In this document: one piece after another, positions 37,896 to 50,695 of the stretch | How the letters are laid out: every line of letters begins with the position of its first letter | Numbering within the stretch: the stretch's first letter is position 1 | Origin: Hemiscyllium ocellatum | Lineage: Eukaryota | Length of the DNA stretch: 64,000 nucleotides | NCBI RefSeq assembly: GCF_020745735.1 | Contig: NC_083404.1 | Location: forward strand, 13,020,001-13,084,000 | Direction of reading: 5' to 3' | The notes under the pieces: model-generated | The model's input: the letters and a program-made list of their open reading frames with translations, nothing else | What the model was told of the DNA's origin: nothing | Databases searched by the model: none | Program-made: the position numbers and the translations under genes

Positions 37896-38412
37896 TAGAA
37901 GTAACGTGAATTTGAATCCTTTTCTGACGCATGTAATTAAATATTTCAAAGCATTTTCTCCGTGTAATATAGACTTTTAAATCAAGGTTTTGCTTTTTGT
38001 GTTAAAGGTATTCTTGCAGATGTGGTCATTTGAAAAAGAGGTTAGGGTCTATCAAGCCAAGTTTCACACAGAGATCTGACTTGCCCAGTGCTAACATTAG
38101 CCATGTTCCTCACATTAGATTCGATGATTGTGGGGGACTGGAGCAATTTTATTCACATTTCGAGCAGTGTTCCAGCTCGGAGAGGTTAACGGCTTAATTC
38201 CAAACAAGGTAAACCCTCCTTTGCAATTGCTGATCAAAGAAGCTCCGTGCACAAAAGAAAACGTTGCCCTGATCCTCCCTGCAGGAATCCTGGAATCAAC
38301 CAGGACTTACATCCGTCAAATTTTGCACTTTGTCTTTATTTCTGCATGGGATGTCAGGATTAGGGCTAGCCAGCAGTTATCGCACATCTCAGTTGCCCTT
38401 GAGAAGCTGGTG

Positions 38413-38512
38413 CTGGAAAAGCGCAGCAGGCCAGGCAGCATCCAAGGAGCAGGAGAGTCGACGTTTCGGGCATGAGCCCTCTGATCTCCAGCATCTGCAG
38501 TCCTCACTTTCT
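38413..38512. mobile_element. Collapsed fold-back PLE end (family A) inside a LINE-2 tail
   Basis: 16-bp TSD CCTTGAGAAGCTGGTG (38397-38412 / 38513-38528). Confidence 0.82.
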
Positions 38513-38884
38513 CCTTGAGAAGCTGGTGGTGAACTGTCGTCTTGTATTGATGCAGACCACCTGCTGTAGGCACACCTATGTGCTGAAAGGAAAGAGTTAC
38601 AGGGAGTTTAGCCCAGAGTGCTATTGAAATAGTTTTGTTTGAATTATGATCACCTTTAGAGCTGCTGAGTTGTTGGATAATGATACAATACACCGAGGGC
38701 TGGATGGTCAGTTAGCAGTTGGAAGTGTATTTCAGGATGGTCCCTGGGAGAATTGAGTCAGGAGTTCCACAAGGGCAGTTCTTTAATTGACAGTGAGATG
38801 TGTTTTCCAGCTAATTTTCAGCCCTAGTTAGGAACAGACATATGTCAAATAAATTCCAGGCTCAATTTAAAATTCCTCGTCCCC

Positions 38885-39116
38885 ATCAGCCAGAGAGTGG
38901 TGAATCTATGGAATTCACTGCCACAGAAGGCTGTGAAGGCCAGGTCATTGAGTGTATTTAAGGTGGAGATAGATAGGTTTTTGATTGCAAAGGGGATCAA
39001 AGGTCATGAGGAGAAAGTGGGAAAGTGGGGTTGAGAAACCTATCAAGCATGATTGAATGGCAGAGCAGGCTTGATGGGCTGAATGGCCTAATTTCTGCTC
39101 CTATGTCTTATGGTCT
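38885..39116 (+). mobile_element. CR1 3' end (third subfamily)
   Basis: CAGAGAGTGGTGAATCTATGGAATTC..GGGCTGAATGGCCTAATTTCTGCTCCTATGTCTTATGG. Confidence 0.8.
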
Positions 39117-39186
39117 ACCATCACAGCAGCTGCCATTTCCTGTTGCAGGAGGACAGCGAAGAATGTCATTGAGCCTTGGGTTGCGG

Positions 39187-39722
39187 CAAGTTTTGAGAAG
39201 ATTTGTAGCTCAGGTTCAGGTTCTGGATGTAGGCTTGCTCATTGAGCTGGGAGGTTCATTTCCAGAAATGTCGTCATCCTACTAGGTAACATCTTCAGGC
39301 GAAGTAGTGTACATGATTCCTGCTTTCTATTTATATGTTTGGGTTTCTTTGGGTTGATGATGTCATTTCCTATGGTGATGTCATTGCCGGTTCCTTTTCT
39401 CAGGGGTTGATAGATGGGGGTCTAACTCGATGTGTTTGTTGATAGAGTTCCGGTTATAATACTATGCTTCTAGAAATTCTCGTGCATGTCTTTGTTTGGC
39501 TTGTCCTAGGATGGATGCATTGTCCCAGTCGAAGTGGTGTCCTTCCTTATCCGTATGTAAGGATACTAGTGAGAGTGGGTCATTTCATTTTGTGGCTAGT
39601 TGGTGTTCATGTATCCCTGGTGGCTAGTTTTCTGCCTGTTTGTCCAATGTCCAGTGTTTGTTACAGTCCTTTCACGGTATTTTGTAAATGACATTAGTTT
39701 TGCTTGTTGTCTGTATAGGGTC
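39187..39722 (-). mobile_element. PLE 3' end (family D, Poseidon-like)
   Basis: Terminus AGAAGATTTGTAGCTC shared with 44640-44660; endonuclease-like region; decayed CTGAAGA..GAcA hammerhead. Confidence 0.72.
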
Positions 39723-40094
39723 TTGGGTTGCAGCTCAGTATCTCATCATTCACAGGAGCAGCAGGGGGCCTGGAGGCCGAAGCAGGGAAGCCCTTGTTTT
39801 TCTTACAATGACTTTGAAGTAATTGGGAAGAAATTCTGGAAAGGGACAGGGGTCCTTTGTCGATAGGAAGAGGCCACCCATACAGGCAAACCAGACTTGG
39901 GTTTAATTATTAACCCTTGTCAGCAGTAGAAGTGTCATTTGATGACGGTGGACTCAATGCAGGCAGAGATTCAATGAACTTTTTCACAAGATCAGTGCCA
40001 TGCTCTGAAACTGTTGTGAACCTCTAAAAGCACTAACCAAGTGAATGCTGAGATAAGGAATAAAGTTAAGGAGGAGATGGGCAGATTTTTCATT

Positions 40095-40302
40095 AGATTC
40101 TGGATCAGTGGTGCTGGAAGAGCACAACAGTTCAGGCAGCATCCAACGAGCAGCGAAGTCGACGTTTCGGGCAAAAGCCCTTCATCTGGAATAAAGGAGT
40201 GAGCCTGATAGCGTGGAGAGATAAAGTAGGGGAGGGTGGGGGTGGGGAGAAAGTAGCATAGAGTACTTGTAGAGAGAGGAGGAAAACTTCTTCAAGGCAG
40301 GC
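40095..40302 (-). mobile_element. PLE family A fragment
   Basis: GTCGACGTTTCGGGCAAAAGCCCTTCATC; homologous to 43760-43940. Confidence 0.75.
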
Positions 40303-40864
40303 AACAGGTTAAAGGGATATGGGCAGGAAAGTGGAGTTGAGGTGGAGATGTGTCAGCCATGATGGTTTTAAATAGCAGAGCAGGCTCAATGGGAGGAATG
40401 GCCTACTCCTGCTCCTGGCTCTTATGATCCATGTCCTAGGACTGACAGAGGCTAGAGGAGAAAATCTTATATTTTCTGTTCATTGATTGTCTTTGTAAGA
40501 ATCAGGTTTCTCCAGATTCTCTGTGATTTCTGGTAAAGTTCCAAAATTCCAGTAAATGATCATGTAACCATGTAGAAAGCAAAGGGTTAACAATGGGAGA
40601 GTAGATTGTACATGTGGTACTTTGTTAGTTACTTGTTGAGTTTAAGTTTAGAAAAAGCTGGCTCGTTGGGAACATCTCCTGCCAGCAGACTCATGGCATC
40701 ATAGAGGTGTACAGCACAGAAATAGACCCTGCCAGCTGAATTCAGTTGAAATTCTTTGGGTTGAATCTTAAATTTTTCTTGGCTAAGTGCAAGTTGATTC
40801 GAACTTTTCTTGAGGGATTCTCACTCGAGATCTAGTGAGATTTCTCACTATATCTTACAAAACG

Positions 40865-41683
40865 GGAGCTTGATCAGACAGGCCGATGGGCCAACAAGTG
40901 GCTAGTGGAGTTTAATTTAGATAAATGTGAGGTGCTGCATTTTGGAAAAGCAAACCGGGGCAGGACTTATACACTCAATCGTACAGTTCTGGGGAGTGTT
41001 ACCAAACAAAATGACCTTGGGGTGCAAGTTCATAGTTCCTTTAAAAGTAGAGTCACAGGTAGACATGGTAGTGAAGAAGGCATTTGGTATGCTTGCCTTT
41101 ATCAGTCAGTGCGTCGAATATAGGAGTTGGGAGGTCATTTTGTAGCTGTACAGGACATTGGTTAAACCACTTTTGGAATACTGCGTTCATTTCTGGTCTC
41201 CTTGCTATAGGAAAGATGTTGTGAAACTTGAAAGGATTCAGAAAAGATGTACAAGGAAGATGCCAGGGTTGGAAGGTTTGAGCTACAGGTAGAGACTGCA
41301 TTGGCTGGGGCTGTTTTCTCTGGAGCATTGGAGGCTGAGGTTATAGAGATTTATAAAATCATGAGGGGCACAGATAGGGTAAATAGTCAAGGTCTTTTCC
41401 CCAGGCAGAGGAAGACCAAGCTAGAAGGTATAGGTTTAAGGTGAGAGGGGAAAGATTTAAAAGGTTCCTAAGGGGTGCCTTTTTCATGTTGAGGGTGGTG
41501 CGTGTATAGAATGAGCTGCTAGAGGAAGTGGTAGAGGCTTAAGAGGTATCTGGATGGGTATATGAATAGGATGGGTTTGGAGCCATAAGGGCCAAAAGCT
41601 GGCAAATGGAACTAGATTAATTTAGGATAACTGGTCAGCAAGCGTCTGCTTCTGTGCTGTACACTTCTATGATGCCATGAGTC
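40865..41683 (+). mobile_element. HER1/CR1 3' portion
   Basis: MEFNLDKCEVLHFGKAN.., KKAFGMLAFISQCVEYRSWEV, 3' UTR. Confidence 0.92.
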
Positions 41684-42745
41684 TAAAACTAATCTCTTTA
41701 CCCATCCACTGCTTCCATATGGTGTCCCCACACATTTAATCCTATCTCCATTTACCGTGCTCTGTTTCTGGAACAACTCACTACCCACCTGCTGAAAGAC
41801 CAGCATTCCTGACAACTGCATCATATTCTGCTGTCAACCTGGATGAGCACTGATGTTACAAATTTGCCCAGCTCGACCAAGGATGGAAACTGCATTGTCT
41901 CAAGCATTGGAAGATGGCACTGCGATGGTATTGACGAGTGTACATCTCCCTAGATGCATTTGCCCAAGCCTCCACACTGGCCATCATTCACTCTGTGAAC
42001 TACAGAGACCAAGAACACCCCAATGAGATACCTAACCATGGTCAATCCCTGGACTGATATTGAAGGCTACCCTTGCCAGATATATCTCTGAGATATCCTT
42101 TAGAGCTGATCCCTGTGCTAGGGTCATTTCTGATGGATATCTCCATGGAGTTGAGTTCTACTTCCCTCAAACTTTGAGAGCTGGATCCCTATTTTCTGCA
42201 AGCACAGTGTGTTTTGCTGTATAAGCTGTTGTCTCACGGTGCAGGTGTGAGATTGATGAGGCACATTGCTGTCCAGCAAGATGTCCACCCTGTTAAGTGA
42301 GGACTGCTGACCAGCAAGGCAAGTTCCATCTCCCTGTGACCCTGCTGTTTGGCATAGCAACACACCACTAGGTGAGGCTTCAATTGTACAGGTGAGCGCT
42401 AAGATAGCAAGTAATCAGCCCTGAGATTTAACCTGGTCCAATCCGTGAGCTGGGTACCTAATCCCATGTGCAAGGTGTCCTTGCAGCAGCTTTTCAATGC
42501 TAGTTGCTGGTGCACCCTGCAATGTAAATCCATGCTTCCTACATGGTGGATCAGAGAGGTACCATGTGGATCTTAGGAGGTTAGTAAATGCTAGATCCCA
42601 ATGTCTGTGGGTGAGGAGTGCCCATGGCTGGTGACCATGGACTGTGCCCATTGAGAACCTGCTTGGTGATGAGCAACATGAAGGTTCCTCACTGCTAACA
42701 GTGAACTGAAGCTGCTAGGAACCCTACCTGATGAAAGGTCTTACG

Positions 42746-42820
42746 CCCAAAACGTTGATTCTCCTGCTCTTGGATGCTGCCTGACCTGCTGTGCTTTTCC
42801 AGCGCCACACCTTTCAACAC
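42746..42820 (+). mobile_element. PLE family A end fragment
   Basis: CCTGATGAAAGGTCTTACGCCCAAAACGTTGATTCTCCTGCTC (decayed hammerhead). Confidence 0.7.
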
Positions 42821-43732
42821 CGCCAGGTACCCGCACTGTAGAGAATTCTCAATGTCTAGACTGCTTAGTGTTTTGGTGATGTTAAAAACTAAATGTCAAT
42901 TCGGAGATTTGTGGCATTAGCAAGCTATAATTCCCCTTCCTGGCAACTCATTGCTGCTTAGAGAGAAACTCATCTCACTGGTCTGCAAAGGCACTGAAGA
43001 TGCAATGAGATGTTCCCAATGTCAAGATTGGGATTTGTGGATTTCTCCCACTAGCCAATGGCCCTCAGAACTCTGTAAAATTCCACCCTTGGCATTTGAT
43101 TAAAGAGTTAAAATGTTTCTTGAGTGATGGACTGTCCTAACAGTGAGCTGTGATTCTGGGATAGTTAAGCTGACGAGGGAAAGAGAGAATGTTAAATGCA
43201 AAACCCTAGAGTTAACGATTAATAAATCCAGGAGAGTTCTGACACAAGCTGACTATGCTTAAGACATTTGTGTTTAATGGGGAATTTACAATCCTGGAAC
43301 TACTTGAGGAGGTTTAAAGGGAAAATCTTGCTGAAGGTAAGCAGAAGCCCCAAAACTCTCAATCCATATGCAAGTCTTCAATATGCTAATCAGGCCCTGG
43401 AGTTAATTTGACAAATACTTGACTTGAGTGCACTGGGGATGTAAGTCAAATGAGTGGAGAAGAAAAGTAGACTTCAGAAATGTGATTCAGTGGATAAGCA
43501 ATTGTATTCCTTTTAGTTTAATATCTTGAACATGACTGACTACTTCAGATTATGTGTGTGATTAGCTTTGTGCTTTGTAGTATTGTGCTTTGATTTTTAT
43601 CCAATAAAATTCTTTGGATTTAAGCCAGAGTTTCTTTGTTTTTATTTAGTAACATGACCTTGAATGATCTAAACAAGGTAGAAATGGATATGATGTTTCT
43701 TATCGTGAGTGAACCCAGAGCTAGGGGGTCAT

Positions 43733-44925
43733 GAGTGCAGATGCTGGAAACCAGAGTTTAGATCAGAGTGATGCTGGAAAAGCACACAGGTCAGGCATCA
43801 TCCAAGGAGCAGGAAAATCGATGTTTTGGGCAAAAGCCGTTCATCAGGAATAGAGGCAGGAAGCCTCCAGGGTGGAGAGATAAATGGGGGGTGGGGAGGG
43901 GGTGGGTGGGTGTGGTGCTGGGGAAAAGGTAGCAAAGAGAACAATAGGTGAATGGGGGTGGGGATGGAGGTGATAGGTCAGAGAGGAGGGTGGGGGAAGG
44001 TAGCAAAGAGTACAATAGGTGAATGGGGGTGGGAATGGGGGTGATAGGTCAGAGGGGAGGGTGGGGATGGAGGTGATAGATCAGAGAGGAGGGTGGGGGA
44101 AGGTAGCAAAGAGTACAGTGGGTGGATGGGGGTGGGGATGGGGGTGATAGGTCAGAGGGGAGGGTGGAGTGGATAGGTGGGAAGGGAGATTGGCAGGTAG
44201 GACAGGTCACGAGGATGGTTGTTGTGGTTCTGTTCGCCAAGCTGGGAGTTTTTGTTGCAAACATTTCGTCCCCTTTCTAGGTGACATCCTCAGTGCTTGG
44301 GAGCCTCCTGTGAAGCGCTTCTGTGCTGATTCCTCCGGCATTTATAGTGGTTTGAATCTGCCGCTTCCAGTTGTCAGTTGCTGTCCGCTGCAGTGGCCGG
44401 TATATAGGGTCTAGGTCGATGTGTTTGTTGCTAGACCCTATATACCGGCCACTGCAGCGGACAGCTGGAACTGACAACTGGAAGCAGCAGATTCAAACCA
44501 CTACAAATGCCGGAGGAATCAGCACAGAAGCGCTTCACAGGAGGCTCCCAAGCACTGAGGATGTCACCTAGAAAGGGGACGAAATGTTTGCAACAAAAAC
44601 TCCCAGCTCGGCGAACAGAACCACAACAACGAGCAACCGAGCTACAAATCTTCTCACAAACTTTGAACCTGAGGATGGTGCTGAGCTGGAAGGTTGGAAC
44701 TGAGGTAGGTGGGGGGAGGGGAAATGATGAAACTGGTGAAGTCCACATTGATGCCCTGGGGTTGAAGTGTTCTGAGGCGGAAGATGAGGCATTCTTTCTC
44801 CAGGCGTCGGGTGGTGAGGGACCATCAGTGGAGGAGACCCAGGACCTGCATGTCCTTGGCAGATTGGGAGGGGGAGTTGAAATGTTGGGCCATGGGGCCG
44901 TGGGGTTGATTGGTGCGGGTGTCCC
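43733..44925 (-). mobile_element. PLE 3' end (family A) hosting a nested PLE
   Basis: Endonuclease C-terminus at ~44720-44925 homologous to 33770-33950; G-rich UTR with tandem duplication; terminus near 43733. Confidence 0.82.
44220..44670. mobile_element. Fold-back PLE end (family D) with two hammerhead motifs
   Basis: ~195-bp near-perfect inverted arms, 16-nt loop, 40-nt tail 44631-44670, TSD GAGGATGGT (44211-44219 / 44671-44679); CTGAGGA-stem-GAAA at 44552-44591 and its mirror. Confidence 0.88.
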
Positions 44926-47012
44926 TGTGATGTACCCTGAAGTCATGATTTTAAAATTAGTGTTTGACCTTTTCGGGCAGAAATTGTCAGTCTTGGAAAC
45001 TCTCTCCTTTAGAGGAGATCCATGAATAATTTAAGGCAGAAGGAAACAGATTCTTGTCAGGCAAAGGAATCAGTGGTGACTGGAATTACAATGTAAAGGA
45101 TAGGGAGAGCAGACATGACCTCATCAAGTAGGTTTGAGGCCCTGAATAGCCTACTCCTAATGAATGTTTGCGTACTTGTAAATTCTAAAAAATAGATAAA
45201 TGTGTCATTTGTCCTGACTGAGATCAATAAATTACACCAGTGACAGATTGAATCAGGAAATAGCCTGGATTAAAAAATAGGAACAGAATGAGAGCACTTG
45301 ACTCTTCAGTCTGCTCTGCCATTCAAGGAGATCATGGCTGGTCTGATCATGGCTCCAACTCCACCCCTCTGCGTGCCTCCGCTATTCCTTGACTCCCTTG
45401 AATAACCACCAGTGCAGATACTGCCTTGGTGGATCCTCATGTACTTTTCCGTGGGATGAAATTGGACGAGGAGGAAATAGTGAGCTGGAAGCAGTGTCAT
45501 AGGCAAAGGCCCCTGCAGTCAGATCCTTCCAGAGAATGGAGAATAGAAACAGCACTGTTCAGGTGGGCTGAGCCTCAGGAGTCACTGGAAATGATGGTAA
45601 ACATGAACAATAGCGGGAGATGGATTTCAACCTGTCTGATTTCCTGAGGCATTGCAGGATCATGGACCAAGAATGGAGGATTCCATTTGGCTCTTGTGCA
45701 CCACCACGGCCCAGAGTTTTGAATATTTCAGCTCCTCCACTGAGTGACACCAACATCATGGAAGCCATGTGTGATCTTTCACGGAGGGCATGCAAGAACT
45801 GTACATTGATATCCGCAGGACGAATACCATGCTATTCAGACCGAGCAATCAGTGATGTCAGTGACACAGATGGGTTTGGAATGAGTAGATACCAGCTTTA
45901 CCCCAGCTGCTGCTCCCTATGGCCATCTAGAGCAGAAAATGGGTCAGTTTTTGGGGATAAGGGTGTATCCATCATGTGCATTGCAAGGTGAAGTGTCACC
46001 ATCATCTCTCTGCTACCTCACACTCACATGGCCACCACTCACTTGAACTCCATCACTGTATATGTTTGTCACCAAGTCTCATGGACTATAACTCCCAGTA
46101 TTATATTCATCTCATCCACTGAACAGCTCTTACCCACATCATCCTCCAAATGACTAACCCTTCCTTCTCTCTGTGGAATGCAAGACACAGAGAGTGGCAG
46201 CTTGCAACTGAGCACTAAGGACCTGTTGTGCTAAGAAAGCAATGTGAAGTAGAGAGACTGGAAGTCTCCAAATAAGTGAAAAATGATCAAATGTTAAATA
46301 AGCAAGTCAAGGACCAAACGATGGATCCTGCATAGATTCACAAGATGCAAGCATGTCTTTGAACGCAAAGTGACATGGCAGAAGCATGCATTCCCTATAG
46401 TATCAATTACTTTTATAGCAAAGTGTTGAATGGCTGATGCGGTGAGGGTGTTTAATTGTAGATCACGGCCAAAGGGTCAAAGAGGATGTTGGTCACTGAG
46501 AAGCAGTTGAGTGGTGAATAGGTCAAACATTCATTGAGCTGTTGCTGCTGAGTAACTGCTGTGTGATCTTCATGTCAGGAATTTACACCACCTAGTTTTC
46601 TTGGGGAAAGAGTGGAGGATTGGTGTTTTATAAATAAAGTGAGTTGGTCTTTAATGAGATGGAAATGCATGGATATTAGGTGGTTGCTGCTCAAGGGCGA
46701 GATTCTGAAGTCATCACTTAAAGCTTGAGCGGAAAATGATAAAAACCTGTTGCCAAGATTCTGATGTTTTTCATTCTTTCTATATTTTCCCATTTTTCCC
46801 GCCAATACTCACACCATACCAGGGAATGAAAAACATCAGGGAAGTTGCTCCATCCCCCACACCAACCATTTTATTTTAGTGTTTAGCTCACTGCCACATC
46901 TTTTCCAGGTATGCCCCCACCTTGAAGAAGCTCTGCTCCTCTCTCCAGCAGACTGGAAGAATATCCCGCTCCTCAAATAATGCCTTGGAATCCTCAATAT
47001 CTTGGTGGATGG

Positions 47013-47440
47013 GAGGGTTTGAGCTAAAGGGCGAGTCTGAATAGGCTGGAGCTGTTTTCCCTGGAGTGACAGAGGCTGAGGGTGACCTTATAGAGGTTTA
47101 TAAAATCATGAGGGGCTTAGATAGGGTGAATAGCCAAGGTCTTTTCCCCAGGATAGGTGAGTCCAAAACTGAGGGCATGGGTTTAAGGTGAGATGGGAAA
47201 GATATGAAAGGGACCTGAGGGGTACCTTTTTCACACAGAATGGACAGTGTATGGGCTGAGCTGCTAGGCGAATTGGTTGAGGAGAGTACAATTACAACAC
47301 TTAAAAGGCATCTGGATGGGTGAATGGTTATGAGGGATATGGGCCAAATGCTGGCAGATGGGACCAGATCAGTTTAGGATATCTGGTTGGCACAAATGAG
47401 TTGGAGGTGAGGGTCTGTTTCTGTGTTGTACAACTCTATG
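47013..47440 (+). mobile_element. HER1/CR1 3' end
   Basis: Homologous to 33086-33520. Confidence 0.88.
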
Positions 47441-48614
47441 GTAATGACTAACAGACAGGCAATTTGGTTTTGCATCTCATCTGAAAGGTCATACTGTCAA
47501 ACTGGGTTGTGTGTTTTCTCCCTGAATCAGGGGTAATTCAGACAGTGTCATTCAAATTGCTGTTATTTTGAGCCTATTCAGTTACTGAGACAATATTATA
47601 TTTAGTCAGAGATTAGTTTATGCTCAAACATATGGATCTTAACAAAATTTATTCTGCTGTAAATTTGCCAGTTACTACATATAAAGTGTTTTCAAGATTG
47701 CAACTATTGTGTGAAAAAGCTGGTTACCTCAGTGTTTAAACCTTTGCCTTTGGTCTTAAGTTTATGGGAAAATAAATCTGGAATGATTGAATTTGACTAG
47801 CAGATTACACAGGTGCAATAACATCTGTGATTTCTGTATTGTTTGCAAAGCCCTCGGTTAAACACTGACGTAGTTGAGTATTTTTCTGAAAGTGAACCCC
47901 TGAGGATAAGGGGAATGTCATACAATCACTTATGTAGACAAGTACAGTTCATCTGAACTAAAACAGCAAAAGCAATCATCTTATCACAGCAGGGAATACT
48001 TCTTTACTGCTTCAGACACTGGCCATATGTGTAACTCCTTCATCTGTCAACCAGCAACTAACGGGAAAGTCAAAGGATTACTTGTGCTTAGGTTAATTAC
48101 ACAGAACTTGGCTGAGTCAAATGAATTGTAATCTCCCTAATGAAATACAACTTCTTTCAGAATACCAAACTTAGTGCTGAAACATCACAAATAATGTTTC
48201 ATCTGGTCAATGTGGAGGTTGTTTGTTATAGCAATGGCCTGTGACTGAAAGCAACTTACATCTAGTGTTCCCATTTAATGGCACAAAATGATCTGGATAT
48301 CTGCCATTTGTGTTTCAGCAGATGGTAATGCTGAATACTCAGTATGTATGGCTCCACTTAGTTTGTCAAATGCCGAATGAGTCAGACCAATCAAGCCTCC
48401 CTTTTTAGGTGCTGTTACACTATCCAGTGTTACTGAACAGAAGGTGAAAGCCAAATACTAGCCTTTTACTTTATATACTCAGTGAACTGAGAGAAAGTGT
48501 TAAATCTTCCAAATTAAATGCAGCAAATTCAGAGCCGGTGAAAAGTTTTCATTTGTAAAGCATTTGTTATGGTTATTCTCTAATGTTTTAGAGAATATGA
48601 GGGATAAAACAATT

Positions 48615-48850
48615 AGAAAGATTTGCATTTGCATAGTGTCTTGGATGTCCCAAAGTACTCTGCAGTCAAAGTATTCCTTTCTGAAATATAGTCAGTGTTG
48701 TACCCTAGGCCACATTTGCATGTTTTTGCAATGTTGATCCTCGTTATACAGGATATCAGGGTTAACACTGGATCTGGGAAGGGATGATTTATATATAAGC
48801 TAAAATCTTCTCTCCATTGCTCCAAACAGTCACTTGGAATTTCTTTAGAT
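48615..48850 (-). mobile_element. DeuSINE-like remnant
   Basis: AGAAAGATTTGCATTTGCATAG..GGATGTCCCAAAGTACTCTGCAGTCAA resembles the reverse complement of the DeuSINE tail. Confidence 0.45.
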
Positions 48851-49319
48851 CTTCCAGCAACTGGCCATTGTGAGATTATTAGTGAAAACCCAGGCCAGGT
48901 GGAGAAAACCAGTGGAAATTGCCAAATTTTGCCTTAATGTCAACCTCAAATACAAAAGTACCAGTCTCACTCTGCCATTTTTTGCAGCATCTAAGTCTGA
49001 TTGTTAATCCAGTCACAAATTGCAAACAGCTTTGTGCTGCGCAATGAAAAATGGAGACTTTCCAAACTCATTTTGCTTCAGGCACTCTGAGGCAGGGGGT
49101 AGGGGGGTGCAGCTGGGGCTGGGGGTCAAATCAGGACCATGTGAGTCTGTTGGGAAGTTGGCTCTAACACGCTGCCTTCTGCACCACACTCAGTTTATAA
49201 GGGTACAGATGTACATCTCCTTAGGGATGGGTATTTTGTTAATTGACATATGCTAATCGCTCAATTAAAGTGACATTGGCAAGAGTTTCACCAGGGGAAA
49301 TAAGGTGAGACATCTGTAA

Positions 49320-49635
49320 TTAGATTAGATTCCCTACAGTGTGGAAACAGGCCATTTGGCTCAACCAGTCCACACCAACCCTCTGGAGAGTAACCCAGCC
49401 AGACCCATTACCCTCTGACTAATGCACCTGATACTATGGGCAATTTCGCATGGCCAATTCACCTGACTTGCACACTTTTGGACTGTAGGAGGAAACTGGA
49501 GCACCCGGAGGAAAACCACACAGACACGGGGAGAATGCGCAAACTCCACACAGGCAGTCACCTGAGGCTGGAATCGAACCCAGGTCCATGGTGCTGTGAG
49601 GCAGCTGTGCTAACCACTGAGCCACCATACGGCCC
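49320..49635 (-). mobile_element. HE1 SINE, full length
   Basis: A and B boxes, V-domain and tail on the minus strand. Confidence 0.92.
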
Positions 49636-49859
49636 CATGTGTAGAATTTGATGGCTGAAACTAGATAAATACACTTATGAGCAATCAGTGTAAAGAGCTG
49701 CTTTCTCACCTAGTTGTGTGAAAGGATTTATTAACAGTATTTGTACCATGATTTTATTTTGCATAGTTTGGAGGCTATTCACCACAGCTTGGTGGCATTT
49801 TCTACACAATGAGATCTGATTTGCCTGTTAGAGCTCTAATCACTGCAATCACGTGGGCA

Positions 49860-50250
49860 CCACACTGGTGAGAAACCACAAGAAGGTCTTTATGCAGCTG
49901 TTCGCACGATCCTCAGGCAGGTGTCTTGATGAATCCTTCCTTATTGGGTGACTGCTCAGAGATAAGGGATACCCAGTTAAACCATAGCTGACGGTGCCTC
50001 TCAGAAGCGCAAAGAGCGAGGGTCCAGAATTGGGACAAGGAGTGAATGTGATCCAGCTGTTTGCCCAGGCATCCTTCACGAACCTTATCCAAAGCTTGTC
50101 TCTTGCTGCACTTTGCAAAACATTACACGGTTGCAATGTTTGAACTTGCAGGAGAAGCAAGGCACAAAGCACGAGAGAAAGGAGGAAACTGAGGACAAGG
50201 AAAGGTGAAGGAAACCAAAAGTGAAATGGACAATGCACCATAAGAGGAGA
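49860..50250 (+). pseudogene. Harbinger/PIF transposase relic
   Basis: Manual translation NHKKVFMQLFAR..G*LLRDKGYPVKP*LTVPLR..SCCTLQNI matches the GWLLGDKGYPL..WLMTP / CC.LHN motifs. Confidence 0.65.
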
Positions 50251-50695
50251 ACAATGCTGCCTGGGCTGCTCACTTCATTGTGAATTCATTTCGATTCCAG
50301 CAGCCCACTGTCACTTTTATCCCTCACTATCCCACCCCTATTTAACACAGTGCTGGAAACAACCAAGCCCCCCACCCCCCCCCCCCCCCTTTCACAGCTC
50401 CCCATTTCTTTGCCTCCCTTTTGTTCTCTCCATTCATCATCACAAAACTGAAAAGATGGTCAAGTGAAACCAAGAATGCGTGAGAGAGGAATATGGAGCA
50501 AAGGAATAATGTTAATGAGGTTCAAAGAGTCAGGTGAATGATAGCATTCTGGCAATGTGTAACACAATCTCACGTTTACTGTCCGACAATGTAAAGTCTC
50601 TGCTCTTGTTTTAGTGAACACTTCCATGTGGTTATAGGCCCTGTGTCCTCGGCAGAGACAGGGGCATCCTGTTTGCATCTCTATTCTGAACATTG

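Noticed and set aside
36595-38097. Possible solo LTR hosting a SINE and a HER1 fragment
   Set aside because: Ends in CTAACA, but I could not establish a start, a TSD or a second copy.
44169-45025. Long overlapping ORFs on both strands
   Set aside because: Products of the palindrome and off-frame PLE sequence.
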